A DNA stretch of 64,000 nucleotides, taken from IMG/VR virus record IMGVR_UViG_3300028042_000001, positions 92,944-156,943 of that record. One strand, 5' to 3'. The position numbers were made by a program, and so were the translations under genes. Shown piece after piece: positions 8,444 through 17,612 of the stretch. The first letter of the stretch is position 1. Every line of letters begins with the position of its first letter. The DNA comes from a virus. Its lineage: Duplodnaviria > Heunggongvirae > Uroviricota > Caudoviricetes. A model generated the notes under the pieces. The model did not search any database. It was not told the origin of the DNA and worked only from the letters and a program-made list of their open reading frames with translations.

Positions 8444-9454
8444 ATGAATTTTAGAAAATATAGTTCTATAGAAAATACATACAGAACAAAAACAATTAAT
8501 TATATTGTTGAATGTGGATATTCTTCTGGTATATGGGTTTCTTCTTTAAAAATTCATGGTGCTAATTATAGTTATTGGAGTGATGGTGATGTTGTAAAAA
8601 AAGCTAGAAAATCAGGATTTCTTGAAGGAGAATCATTTTATGGAGATTCAACATTTAATTATGATCAAAATATATTGAATATGTTTAACAATCTTAAAAA
8701 GCAAGGAGATTTTAGTACTCTTACTGTATATGGAGAAATATATGGAGGAATATACAATCATCCTAATGTAGAAGCTATTAAAAATGTTAAAAAAGTTCAG
8801 AAAGAGGTACAATATAGACCTGATGTTAATTTTATTGTTTTTGATATAAGAGTTGATGATATATTATTAGATCATTATACTGTTGTTGAATTATGTGATC
8901 AATTTGGATTTTTTCACGTACCTGTGTTGGGAATGGGATCTTTTTATGATTTAATGAAAACTCCTGTTGTATTTCCTGATCCTCTTGGTATAATGTTGGG
9001 TTATCCAAAGTTAGAAGATAATGATGCAGAAGGATGGGTGTTAAAACCTGTTATGCCAGAATTTTTTAATAATGGTTCAAGAGTTATTCTTAAAGGTAAA
9101 AATCCTTCCTTTTCTGAAAAAAATGGTGGAAAAAAAGGAAAAATTCATAATACAATAATTGAGATGTCAAAAGAAGGAGATTATATCAAAGAAGAATTAT
9201 TGTTATATATTAATGAAAACAGACTGAGAAATGTATTATCTCATGGGGAGATTTGTAAAATAACTCAAAAAGATTTTGGTAAATTATTAGGATTATTTTC
9301 TAAGGATATTTTTGTTGATTTTTTGAAAGATAATAAAGATAAATTTGATATTATTGATAAGAAAGAACAAATCACTATAAAGAGAATTATGAACAAAACT
9401 GCTGGTGATATTATCCGGTTAAATTTTCTAAATATTATAGATGGTGAATTTTAG
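8444..9454 (+). CDS. rnlB: RNA ligase 2 (T4 Rnl2-like)
   Basis: KYSSIEN N-terminus; nucleotidyltransferase motif I KIHGANYS (T4 Rnl2 KIHGTN); EGWVLKP..NNGSRVILKGKN.SFSEK and KDFGKLLGL blocks match T4 Rnl2 closely. Confidence 0.9.
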   Translation: MNFRKYSSIENTYRTKTINYIVECGYSSGIWVSSLKIHGANYSYWSDGDVVKKARKSGFLEGESFYGDSTFNYDQNILNMFNNLKKQGDFSTLTVYGEIYGGIYNHPNVEAIKNVKKVQKEVQYRPDVNFIVFDIRVDDILLDHYTVVELCDQFGFFHVPVLGMGSFYDLMKTPVVFPDPLGIMLGYPKLEDNDAEGWVLKPVMPEFFNNGSRVILKGKNPSFSEKNGGKKGKIHNTIIEMSKEGDYIKEELLLYINENRLRNVLSHGEICKITQKDFGKLLGLFSKDIFVDFLKDNKDKFDIIDKKEQITIKRIMNKTAGDIIRLNFLNIIDGEF

Positions 9455-9700
9455 ATGGATATTATAAAAACAGGAATTGATGTATTACTTGTTAGCTGTA
9501 TTAATGATAGTAATACATTAACTATAGGTGATGTTTATGAAGTTTTAATATATCAAAATATTCCTCTTGAAAATACATATACTATTGGTGTTATTAATGA
9601 TACTGGTATTTTTGCCAAATATGATGCTAAAACATTTTCTATGGTTTATATTAAACCTGATGTTATATTAAATGATCCTAAACCAGAAGGGCCATTATAA
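9455..9700 (+). CDS. hypothetical protein (81 aa)
   Basis: ORF abutting neighbours (TAGATG junction). Confidence 0.4.
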   Translation: MDIIKTGIDVLLVSCINDSNTLTIGDVYEVLIYQNIPLENTYTIGVINDTGIFAKYDAKTFSMVYIKPDVILNDPKPEGPL

Positions 9701-10168
9701 ATGTCTGCTATAGCTTTTTCTCAAAGTGCGTATGATGAATTTGATAGTAAAGGTAAAACCACAGTAAAACGGTTTTTTAAGTCAAAAGGATTTTTTTGTT
9801 ATCCTGATGATGAGGAACGAGGAATTGATCTTCATTTTTCAAAAAAAGATCATCCAGATATTTATATAGAAGTAGCGGTAAGACATTATTTTGATTGGCC
9901 GTTGTATGATTGGAAAATAAAAGCACCATGGGAAACAATTCATATTTTACGAAGAAAGGCTAAATATGGAAGACCTGAACCGTTTTGGTATGGCGATAAA
10001 GCATACTTATTCGAACTTAATAGAAGTATGGAACAAGCTTTTGTTATAAGACCTTGTGATTTACAAAAGAAATATTTAAAACTTCTAACTAATGTTCGTG
10101 GGAAGGAATGGATTTATGATATTCCTGTAGAAGAATTTAAAATATTTGATTTAAGAATGCATCAGTAG
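9701..10168 (+). CDS. hypothetical protein (155 aa)
   Basis: ORF; no recognisable motif. Confidence 0.45.
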   Translation: MSAIAFSQSAYDEFDSKGKTTVKRFFKSKGFFCYPDDEERGIDLHFSKKDHPDIYIEVAVRHYFDWPLYDWKIKAPWETIHILRRKAKYGRPEPFWYGDKAYLFELNRSMEQAFVIRPCDLQKKYLKLLTNVRGKEWIYDIPVEEFKIFDLRMHQ

Positions 10169-10234
10169 TCAAATTGGATTGGCACAAGATTACGAATCTT
10201 GATTGATGTGGGTTCGACTCCCATCTGGTGCTCA
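10159..10234 (+). tRNA. tRNA-Arg (anticodon ACG)
   Basis: acceptor GCATCAG/CTGGTGC, anticodon stem CAAGA/TCTTG with loop TTACGAA, T-arm TGGGTTCGACTCCCA. Confidence 0.6.
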
Positions 10235-10240
10235 AAATAT

Positions 10241-10316
10241 GCGTCTGTAGCTCAGTTGGAAGAGCACGAGATTTCTACTCTCGGTGTCGGAGGTTCGATC
10301 CCTCTCAGGCGTTCCA
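10241..10316 (+). tRNA. tRNA-Arg (anticodon TCT)
   Basis: acceptor GCGTCTG/CAGGCGT, D-arm TAGCTCAGTTGGAAGAGC, anticodon stem CGAGA/TCTCG with loop TTTCTAC, T-arm GGAGGTTCGATCCCTC, CCA. Confidence 0.75.
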
Positions 10317-10339
10317 TAATTAATATAAAGGAGGATGAT

Positions 10340-10840
10340 ATGGAAAGGGTGATAGTGTTAAATTATGATTATAGTTTTCTAAATGTTGTTTCTCCTGAAA
10401 AGGCTTTTTCTTATATAGCTCGTGGAAAGGTTATTGTTGAAAAAGTAGCGGATAAGGTCTTGACAACTGCTGAAAAATCATTTAAAATACCTGTAATTGT
10501 TCGGTTCTCTTATATGATAAGACAAATATATAAGAGAAAAATACCATGGAGTAAGCGTAATGTGTGTATCAGAGATAATTATACCTGTGCATACTGTGGT
10601 GTAAAAAGTGATATAATGACAGTTGATCATGTTATACCTAAAGCTCATGGAGGAAAAAACACTTTTGATAATTGTGTTGCATCATGTAAGAAATGTAATA
10701 ATAAAAAAGGTGATAAAACATGTAAAGAAATAGGAATGTTTCCTTCTCATAATAGAACACATCCTACTGTTTCTGACTTCATGCGATTATGGTATAAACA
10801 ATATAATGTAAATGATATTATAAAATCAATATGGGAGTGA
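10340..10840 (+). CDS. HNH endonuclease
   Basis: CAYCGVKSDIMTVDHVIPKAHGGKNTFDNCVASCKKCNNKKG HNH motif; RBS AAGGAGGA; the track ORF start at 10199 is translated tRNA sequence, so the start was moved to the ATG at 10340. Confidence 0.75.
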   Translation: MERVIVLNYDYSFLNVVSPEKAFSYIARGKVIVEKVADKVLTTAEKSFKIPVIVRFSYMIRQIYKRKIPWSKRNVCIRDNYTCAYCGVKSDIMTVDHVIPKAHGGKNTFDNCVASCKKCNNKKGDKTCKEIGMFPSHNRTHPTVSDFMRLWYKQYNVNDIIKSIWE

Positions 10841-10844
10841 TAAT

Positions 10845-11057
10845 ATGAGTACAACTGCATTAGATATACAAAAATTTAATTTATGCGAATATAAAGCTAG
10901 AGAAAATGATATTATTATTGATGTTAAATCTGAAGGATTTTTATTGACAAGAAGATCAGATTATTGTATACTTGGAAAAATCTTAACTGTAGAAGAGATG
11001 TATAGTTATTTTTGTGGTTATGAATCAGGATTAGATAAGGGGTTGTCTGATAGTTAA
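10845..11057 (+). CDS. hypothetical protein (70 aa)
   Basis: ORF only. Confidence 0.35.
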   Translation: MSTTALDIQKFNLCEYKARENDIIIDVKSEGFLLTRRSDYCILGKILTVEEMYSYFCGYESGLDKGLSDS

Positions 11058-11078
11058 ATATTAATACGAGGGTATATT

Positions 11079-11486
11079 ATGAATTTTAATCCATATGGTG
11101 TTTGGGAAGTTACTACAGAAGGTGATTGTGAAGGAAGAAGCATAACACATCTTGGTACATTTACGGGTTATTTTGATGTTATAGCTTTAAATCTTGCAAA
11201 ATCTTGTTATTATACTCTTGATTTTAAAAGAATTGATATTGGTAATAATTTAGTTCCTACAAAAAATGAAGTGTCTGTTCGTATTTGGGAAATGGGAAAC
11301 AATATTAAACAATACGAACAATTATTAACAGATCGTGATGTTTATATTAAAGAAAGTAAATTTTTTAAATCTGTTATTATTTGCACTAATAATCCTATAT
11401 CTGAGGAAGAAGCAGAAGCATTAAAAGCTAGAAACTTACTTATTGAAAAAGGCTTTGATGTTGAATCAATAAAAAAATATATATAG
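11079..11486 (+). CDS. hypothetical protein (135 aa)
   Basis: ORF with GAGGG RBS. Confidence 0.45.
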   Translation: MNFNPYGVWEVTTEGDCEGRSITHLGTFTGYFDVIALNLAKSCYYTLDFKRIDIGNNLVPTKNEVSVRIWEMGNNIKQYEQLLTDRDVYIKESKFFKSVIICTNNPISEEEAEALKARNLLIEKGFDVESIKKYI

Positions 11487-11491
11487 TATAT

Positions 11492-11563
11492 GTCTATGTT
11501 CGATGGTTCGGTGTGCTGTCTGCAAAATAGTAAATAAGGGTTCGATTCCCTTCATAGACTCCA
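11492..11563 (+). tRNA. tRNA-Cys? (anticodon GCA)
   Basis: acceptor GTCTATG/CATAGAC perfect; anticodon loop CTGCAAA with a G-U-containing stem; T-arm AAGGGTTCGATTCCCTT; CCA. Confidence 0.55.
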
Positions 11564-11567
11564 ACAT

Positions 11568-11664
11568 GGTATGTGCCGACCAAAGGTGGTCAGCAAGATT
11601 TGAAATCTTGTGGCATGTCTGATGAGGGCATGGGGTTCAATTCCTACACATACCGCATTAATTA
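11568..11664 (+). tRNA. tRNA-Ser (anticodon TGA), type II
   Basis: acceptor GGTATGTG/CACATACC, anticodon stem CAAGA/TCTTG with loop TTTGAAA, long variable arm GGCATG..CATGCC-like, T-arm GGGGTTCAATTCC. Confidence 0.75.
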
Positions 11665-11710
11665 AATATATAGTATATTTAATAATATATAATATAAAAA
11701 GGAGATTATT

Positions 11711-12157
11711 ATGAGGTATGAAGGATGTACAAGTGAAACAGATGCAATAGTAGAAGATATTACAAGAGAAGAATTTCCAAATCTTGATGGAGCAAATATT
11801 ATGATTGTTATGGATACCAAAAAAAAGGTATCTGGTGGTCGTTATGTTATTGCACGTATTAAGAAAATGAATGATGAATTAAAGTTTTTTACTGCTAACG
11901 ATTATGGTATTACATATGATTATGTAATGTTTATAGATAAAGTTATTTTTGATGAGCTTAATTATGATGATAAAAAAAGAATAATTTATCATGAATTATG
12001 TCATTGTGAAGTTGATCCTAGTAAAAATAATCCTTATGGGATAAAAGATCATGAAATTCAAGGATTCCATGATGAATTATCTTATAATGAAGATGATCCT
12101 AGATGGAATGAACGGGTTAGTGCTGTTGCTGAATCTATTTATGATGATGACGAATAA
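11711..12157 (+). CDS. hypothetical protein with HExxH motif (possible metallopeptidase-like)
   Basis: YHELCHCE contains HExxH; AAGGAG RBS; acidic C-terminus. Confidence 0.4.
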   Translation: MRYEGCTSETDAIVEDITREEFPNLDGANIMIVMDTKKKVSGGRYVIARIKKMNDELKFFTANDYGITYDYVMFIDKVIFDELNYDDKKRIIYHELCHCEVDPSKNNPYGIKDHEIQGFHDELSYNEDDPRWNERVSAVAESIYDDDE

Positions 12158-12182
12158 TATACAAAATAATACACATTAACTA

Positions 12183-12211
12183 TTGACTTTATATTTAATG
12201 TGTATTATAAT
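12183..12211 (+). promoter_or_regulatory. sigma70-like promoter TTGACT-17-TATAAT followed by inverted and direct repeats
   Basis: consensus -35/-10; downstream IR AATAACCATTAT/ATAATGGTTATT and direct repeat ATTATGGTAGTTAATGAT x2. Confidence 0.45.
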
Positions 12212-12316
12212 AACCATTATGGTAGTTAATGATTACTATAATGGTTATTATGGTAGTTAATGATCATGAAGCAGAAACACCAGAAGTACAAGAAGAAATA
12301 ATAAAATAAAAAATAT

Positions 12317-12390
12317 GGCTCGTTAGCTCATTGGAAGAGCGTTTGGCTGATCACCAAAAGAGATAGGATCGTTACCTGTACGAGCTACCA
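12317..12390 (+). tRNA. tRNA-Ile? (anticodon GAT)
   Basis: acceptor GGCTCGT/ACGAGCT, D-arm TAGCTCATTGGAAGAGC, anticodon stem TTTGG/CCAAA with loop CTGATCA, CCA; T-loop non-canonical. Confidence 0.55.
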
Positions 12391-12472
12391 CATAAAAATG
12401 AACCTCTATTTATATTTATACAAATGGAAATAGAGGTTCATAATATGATTAGTTATAAAAGAGTAAAAAAAT

Positions 12473-12560
12473 GACCATGGGTGGTTCGTCTAATTAGGGA
12501 GGACACTTACCCGTTATGTGGTTTGAAATATAGGTTCGATTCCTATACGATTCATGGTCA
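12473..12560 (+). tRNA. long tRNA-like element (88 nt)
   Basis: perfect acceptor pairing GACCATG/CATGGTC and T-arm ATAGGTTCGATTCCTAT; internal arms not resolvable by eye. Confidence 0.35.
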
Positions 12561-13051
12561 TTTTTTTATTACTAAGGATATATCATGATAAAACACATAA
12601 TTCTGCTGATGTGTTTGTGATGGATATTGCTCAAACATATGATGGATTAAAAGTTATAGAGTATAATACATTTAATTCTGCTGGATTATATGCCTGTGAT
12701 GTTGGTAATATAATTGATGGTATAAACAATTTCTTACAAGAACCATGTTGAGGTTCATTACCTCTTCATGAGAACGGACTATGCGTAAGTAGTCTTCCTA
12801 AGTGGTACGCAACCATGTAGGGCAAAATCAATAAGTCTTTTTGAAGGACATGTGTTGATGTTGTGGTGAAAATCCATATTACGATCCAATGGGGCTATAC
12901 TTGGGAGGACTGAATGGCTTGCAACCAATCGGGCAGGGTTCAATTCCCTGTAGTTCCACAATATATTTTTCAGCGATATCAGCCACTAAAGCTGATAACG
13001 GTGTTCTTAATCACTTAACAGAATGCGAAGGAGTAGTGACCGGACTGAAAC

Positions 13052-13125
13052 GCTACATGGTGAAATGTTATCACAAAGGGATATATGACCCTTAGTTTCA
13101 GGTTAAATTCCTGATGTAGCAACCA
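13052..13125 (+). tRNA. tRNA-like with apparent 8-nt anticodon loop (ATATATGA)
   Basis: acceptor GCTACAT/ATGTAGC, D-stem GTGA/TCAC, anticodon stem AAGGG/CCCTT enclosing 8 nt, T-arm TCAGGTTAAATTCCTGA. Confidence 0.4.
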
Positions 13126-13133
13126 TTTTTAAT

Positions 13134-13217
13134 GGAAGTATGGCAGAGTATGGTAATGTACCTGATTGCTAATCAGTGGTCAAGGAAACTTGCGTAGGTT
13201 CGAATCCTACTACTTCC
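13134..13217 (+). tRNA. tRNA-Ser (anticodon GCT), type II
   Basis: acceptor GGAAGTA/TACTTCC, D-arm TGGCAGAGTATGGTAATG, anticodon stem CTGA/TCAG with loop TTGCTAA, long variable arm, T-arm GTAGGTTCGAATCCTAC. Confidence 0.7.
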
Positions 13218-13272
13218 TCATATTATGATTATCATGTAGATAATATTAAATTAATTCAAAAGGAGAGTTATT

Positions 13273-13617
13273 ATGGAAGGAGTAGATTTCCCAAAAGTAA
13301 ATAAAGAAGAAGATCAAGGTCAAGGTCAAGAGGCATTTACAGTTTCTGCTGAAATGCTTTTAGCTCAAATTGTACAGGCTGTTGGGGAAGAATTTGTTAT
13401 TATTCCAACTTCAGGATGGCAAAAAATTGTTACTACTATTCAAGATTATTCTAAATCAGCACAAAATTCACTCACAAATGATGAAGATTTACTAAAAATT
13501 TTAGAAGGTCTTGGTATTCCTGTAATTCCTGTTAGTCTTGCACCAAAACAGGAAGAAAGCCTTATTATTATGCCAAATGATACACCTAAAGGCGAATCTA
13601 AAATAATTATTCCATAA
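13273..13617 (+). CDS. hypothetical protein (114 aa)
   Basis: ORF with AAGGAG RBS. Confidence 0.45.
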   Translation: MEGVDFPKVNKEEDQGQGQEAFTVSAEMLLAQIVQAVGEEFVIIPTSGWQKIVTTIQDYSKSAQNSLTNDEDLLKILEGLGIPVIPVSLAPKQEESLIIMPNDTPKGESKIIIP

Positions 13618-13664
13618 ATTATGTTTTATATGCGTTAATGAAATTTATAAAAAAAAGGTAAATA

Positions 13665-14603
13665 ATGAAAAGAAAAACACTTAAAGCAGTATTAAGAAAA
13701 AAGTTTGATCATTTTGTTAAATCTATAGAAGATGATAAAGTAAGGCAACTTGTAAATAATAATTCTATTATTACTGGTGGATGTATTGCTTCTATGTGGT
13801 TAAAAGAAAAAGTCAATGATTATGATATTTATTTTACAAATAAAGAAACTGTTTTAGCTGTATGTAATTATTATTGTGATAAATTTAATGACTATAATGG
13901 AACTCAAAAATTCTCTATTATTGATGGTACTATTCCTGTTGAAGATTATAAGATTGATGGTGTTTATGTAAGTCAATCTTGGTATGATAATAATGTTACA
14001 GAAGGACGTATAAAAATTAGAATAGAATCTGCTGGTATTGCATCAGTACCAGATATAGATTATGAAGATGCTGATTTTGATAATGATGATAATGATGATA
14101 ATGATGATGAAATTAATGTTGATGATACACAGGAACAATATAGACCTGTTTATATTTCTGCTAATGCTATTACTTTAGATAATGATATACAACTTATCAT
14201 TCGTTTTTTTGGTGATGCTAAAGAAATTCATTCTAATTATGATTTTGAACATTGTAAATGTTGGTGGTCTTCTGTAGATAATATATTAGAATGTCCTTCT
14301 AAATCATTAGAATGTTTGTTAGCACGAGATTTAGTATATTCTGGTAGTAAATATCCTTTAGCTTCTATTATAAGATCTCGGAAATTTATTAATAGGGGTT
14401 TTACTATTAATGCAGGTCAATATTTAAAAATGTGTATTGAACTTAATAGTTATGATCTTACAGATTTAAATGTCCTTGAAGATCAATTAACTGGTGTGGA
14501 TGCTTATTGGTTTTCTGAAATGCTTGCATGTGTTGATACTGATAAATTATCAACATCAGAAGATAATTCCTATATGTTTGAATTGATAAATAAGTTTTTT
14601 TAG
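13665..14603 (+). CDS. hypothetical protein with highly acidic tract
   Basis: 312-aa ORF; DIDYEDADFDNDDNDDNDDEINVDD acidic low-complexity region (GATGATAAT tandem codons). Confidence 0.5.
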   Translation: MKRKTLKAVLRKKFDHFVKSIEDDKVRQLVNNNSIITGGCIASMWLKEKVNDYDIYFTNKETVLAVCNYYCDKFNDYNGTQKFSIIDGTIPVEDYKIDGVYVSQSWYDNNVTEGRIKIRIESAGIASVPDIDYEDADFDNDDNDDNDDEINVDDTQEQYRPVYISANAITLDNDIQLIIRFFGDAKEIHSNYDFEHCKCWWSSVDNILECPSKSLECLLARDLVYSGSKYPLASIIRSRKFINRGFTINAGQYLKMCIELNSYDLTDLNVLEDQLTGVDAYWFSEMLACVDTDKLSTSEDNSYMFELINKFF

Positions 14604-14682
14604 CTTGACAAATATAATCTCATATTGTATGATAATTTATCAACAATACAAAATATTAATATTACAATATGAGAGGTTTATT

Positions 14683-15057
14683 ATGATTGAAGACTTAATA
14701 ATGGCTAAGAAATATATATCAAAAGCAAACAGAGCATCAAAAAAAGGATTAGATTTTACACTTACTTTTGCTCAATATAAAAGGTTGATGTCTAGAAAAA
14801 CTTGCGCTTATTCTGGTCTTAGATTTTCTGAAATTAATGAAAAACGTGCATGGAAAAATGAATGGTTAGGACTTACTCTTGATCGTATTGATAATAGTAA
14901 AGGATATATTCAAGGTAACGTGGTTCCTGTGTGTAATGGAGTTAATCAATTAAAAGGACAGTGGGAAAATCCTCTTCTTCCTTTTGATGAAAAAACAACT
15001 ATAAAAATCATTACAAAAATTATGTTAGCTAAGAATAATCTTGACATTCTTGATTAG
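14683..15057 (+). CDS. HNH-family endonuclease (LDRIDN..GN type)
   Basis: LTLDRIDNSKGYIQGNVVPVCNGVNQLKGQW motif; start moved to the ATG after GAGAGG RBS; TTGACA-17-TATGAT promoter at 14605. Confidence 0.6.
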   Translation: MIEDLIMAKKYISKANRASKKGLDFTLTFAQYKRLMSRKTCAYSGLRFSEINEKRAWKNEWLGLTLDRIDNSKGYIQGNVVPVCNGVNQLKGQWENPLLPFDEKTTIKIITKIMLAKNNLDILD

Positions 15058-15107
15058 ATCTGATATATTGTATTTATAAATCAGATTAATTCATCAAAAG
15101 GAATAAT

Positions 15108-15473
15108 ATGTCTCGTAAAATAAAGATTAATCAGGCAACAAGAAGAACTGCTCAAATTATTGTACAGAATATCTTAAAGCCTACTTATTTTAAAGAAGGT
15201 GTTCCTCTTGACGAAATAGCTGATGCTCTTAGAGATATGGGTATAACTATGATTATGGAGGATAACACTGAATGGTCTGGTTTTTTAGTAGGATCTACTG
15301 GTGAAGCTTTTATTCGTCTTGCTCCAACAACTACTTCTGTGTTTGGAAATAGTTGGTGTAATAAAAATATTATTTTTTACGAGCCATATGATAACACAGG
15401 GTTATTAATCACTTGGTATAAATGTGAATCTAGAAGATATGAAAAATTTGAAGTTATAGGCTATATTTCATAG
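15108..15473 (+). CDS. hypothetical protein (121 aa)
   Basis: ORF with AAAGGA RBS. Confidence 0.45.
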   Translation: MSRKIKINQATRRTAQIIVQNILKPTYFKEGVPLDEIADALRDMGITMIMEDNTEWSGFLVGSTGEAFIRLAPTTTSVFGNSWCNKNIIFYEPYDNTGLLITWYKCESRRYEKFEVIGYIS

Positions 15474-15528
15474 TATATAATAATATTAATAATGATAAAT
15501 AATTATCAAAAAAAAAAGGAGATTTATT

Positions 15529-15750
15529 ATGGCATTACTTAAAAAGAAGAAAAATTACGCTAAAGTTATGAGTTCTTTTACACAGGTTGTTACAGACCTT
15601 CAGGAAATTTCAGATCGAGAAGAATCTAATATAGAAGCTTTTATCGAAAAACGGAATGATATTAATAGTAAAATTGATACATCTGAGGCAGAAATGAAAA
15701 ATTGTAAAACTGCTATTGATAATGTTAGGAATATATTTCCTAATGTATAA
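15529..15750 (+). CDS. hypothetical protein (73 aa)
   Basis: ORF with AAGGAG RBS. Confidence 0.4.
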   Translation: MALLKKKKNYAKVMSSFTQVVTDLQEISDREESNIEAFIEKRNDINSKIDTSEAEMKNCKTAIDNVRNIFPNV

Positions 15751-15760
15751 CTAATAGAAA

Positions 15761-15835
15761 GGGGTATTACTCCACGCTGGTAGAGAGAATAGGCTTAGAC
15801 CCTATACAGGATCGGTTCGACTCCGATATACCCTA
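15761..15835 (+). tRNA. tRNA with anticodon TAG (Leu by standard code), short variable arm
   Basis: acceptor GGGGTAT/ATACCCT, anticodon stem ATAGG/CCTAT with loop CTTAGAC, T-arm ATCGGTTCGACTCCGAT identical to the tRNA at 3194. Confidence 0.6.
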
Positions 15836-15844
15836 AATTTTATT

Positions 15845-16072
15845 ATGATTTGTAATTCATGTTTCCATAATTGGAATGAAATAATAAAAATCCATCCGCA
15901 TTTTATGAATGATGATGGATTTCTTATTTATATATGTGATATATGTTATAGTGAAACCCAAAATCCCTTATCTGAGGATGATATTATATATAAACCCGAA
16001 ATAAAAAAATCCAATCATAACAAAGTTATATACAATCATATGATATGTTTAAATTATAAATATTTATATTGA
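15845..16072 (+). CDS. hypothetical Cys-rich protein (75 aa)
   Basis: ORF; CNSC..CDIC pattern. Confidence 0.35.
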   Translation: MICNSCFHNWNEIIKIHPHFMNDDGFLIYICDICYSETQNPLSEDDIIYKPEIKKSNHNKVIYNHMICLNYKYLY

Positions 16073-16132
16073 CATTTTTATTTATAAGTAGTATATTTTA
16101 TATAATATAATTTATTTCTAAAGGAGATTCAA

Positions 16133-16465
16133 ATGAAAACTACTGATATAAGATATTGTGTTGAATACACATATAATGGCCCTTCCAGTGATTTTTTTCC
16201 TATAAAATCAAAACGTTTTTTTACAAAACAAAATAATGTTTCTAAGTTTCTTATCGATATTAAAGAAAAAAAAGGTGATAATATTTATTGTTATAATCCT
16301 ATTGTATATATGTCTATATTTGAACGATGGGGTAATGCAACAGTTGATAGTATGGTTGAATCATATGAAAAATCATTAATTATTGAAGAAATTAATTTAA
16401 AAAAGAAAAAGCAACGTGCTCTTTCTAAATTATCAGAAGAAGATCGTAAAATATTATGCTTATAG
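16133..16465 (+). CDS. hypothetical protein (110 aa)
   Basis: ORF with AAGGAG RBS; TTGACA-17-TATATT promoter at 16069. Confidence 0.4.
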   Translation: MKTTDIRYCVEYTYNGPSSDFFPIKSKRFFTKQNNVSKFLIDIKEKKGDNIYCYNPIVYMSIFERWGNATVDSMVESYEKSLIIEEINLKKKKQRALSKLSEEDRKILCL

Positions 16466-16785
16466 GAGAAAATATGAAAAATTTATTTATTGCGTTACTG
16501 TTGGTAATTTGTACATGTTCTTTATCTGTTGCTGGTAATATTGCTACAGTATTAGTTCCTGCTGAATGTAAAACTATTCAAAGTGCAACATATTCATCAG
16601 GTGGTGGAAAAAAGATGGTGGTATATGCTAAAATTCATTGTATAATGGATGATGGATCTGATGTTTTATTTTTGGCATATAAAATTAGTGCATCTGGTAT
16701 GATGGGATTTGGAAGATGGACATTACCAGAAAGGATTAATATTATCAGATCTAATAAATTGAAAAATAAAGCAGAATGGAAATAA
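16456..16785 (+). CDS. small secreted protein (signal peptide)
   Basis: N-terminal MKNLFIALLLVICTCSLSVAG hydrophobic signal-like segment. Confidence 0.45.
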   Translation: MLIGENMKNLFIALLLVICTCSLSVAGNIATVLVPAECKTIQSATYSSGGGKKMVVYAKIHCIMDDGSDVLFLAYKISASGMMGFGRWTLPERINIIRSNKLKNKAEWK

Positions 16786-16795
16786 GAGGGATTTT

Positions 16796-17338
16796 ATGGG
16801 TAAATTATTTAGTCGTTTAGAATATGATCGTGATGTATTTTTAAAGAATAGGGATACTATAGCTCTTGCTACATGCAAACTTATTATTGGAGAAATTCAT
16901 CGTGATCCAAATAAAGATAGATCGGATAATAATGTTCTTAAAATATTAAAAGTATTAAGAAAAATGACATTAAAAAGTCCTATAAAAGATCCATTACTTA
17001 TTGATATGATTGATAAATATCTTCCTGCATTTATATCTAACATTGATGTTATACAATGGCTGAAATCTATTTATTCGTATGATGATATTTTGTCTATGAA
17101 TAAAAAGGCATATTCTATTATTGGAATAGCAAAACAACATTTTAAAGATAATGAAATAAATTCAAAATTTATTAAAGAATTTATTGATGATGTTTTGACT
17201 AAAGGAAAGGAATCATATAATAATGGTGGTGTTATTGTTCCTTATGAACTGAAATTAGATAGTGATATTGTAAATGAATTATTTAGTGCTACTCAATCTA
17301 AAAGAAAAGGAGTTAATATTAATGAAACATTCGATTGA
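16796..17338 (+). CDS. hypothetical protein (180 aa)
   Basis: ORF with GAGGG RBS. Confidence 0.45.
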   Translation: MGKLFSRLEYDRDVFLKNRDTIALATCKLIIGEIHRDPNKDRSDNNVLKILKVLRKMTLKSPIKDPLLIDMIDKYLPAFISNIDVIQWLKSIYSYDDILSMNKKAYSIIGIAKQHFKDNEINSKFIKEFIDDVLTKGKESYNNGGVIVPYELKLDSDIVNELFSATQSKRKGVNINETFD

Positions 17339-17612
17339 TAATGTAAATAAAAACGCTATCAATAATCTATTAAATAATCAAGTTGAGGATAATATAGTAA
17401 TTTACACATTATTAACTATGCTTGTCGGGTATATGGGTAAGGTTGTTTATTCTGATAAAGATGTTGAAAAACATAGAATGATTGTTAAAACTATTTTTTC
17501 TGATCATAATATTAATACTATTGATGATTTAAATAAAAGAATGAAAGAATGTGCAGAAGAAGTTAAAAAATGTAGATTAAATTCATTAAAACCATTAAAA
17601 GGAATACACTAA
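17322..17612 (+). CDS. hypothetical protein (start moved to the ATG after AAGGAG)
   Basis: ORF; RBS AAGGAG 12 nt upstream of ATG 17322. Confidence 0.4.
   Translation: MKHSIDNVNKNAINNLLNNQVEDNIVIYTLLTMLVGYMGKVVYSDKDVEKHRMIVKTIFSDHNINTIDDLNKRMKECAEEVKKCRLNSLKPLKGIH

Noticed and set aside
12779-13095. ORFs 12779-12961 (-) and 12889-13095 (+)
   Set aside because: Both overlap tRNA-like elements with canonical T-arms (GGGTTCAATTCCC, GGTTAAATTCC). The region 12760-13130 is better explained as structured RNA than protein-coding.
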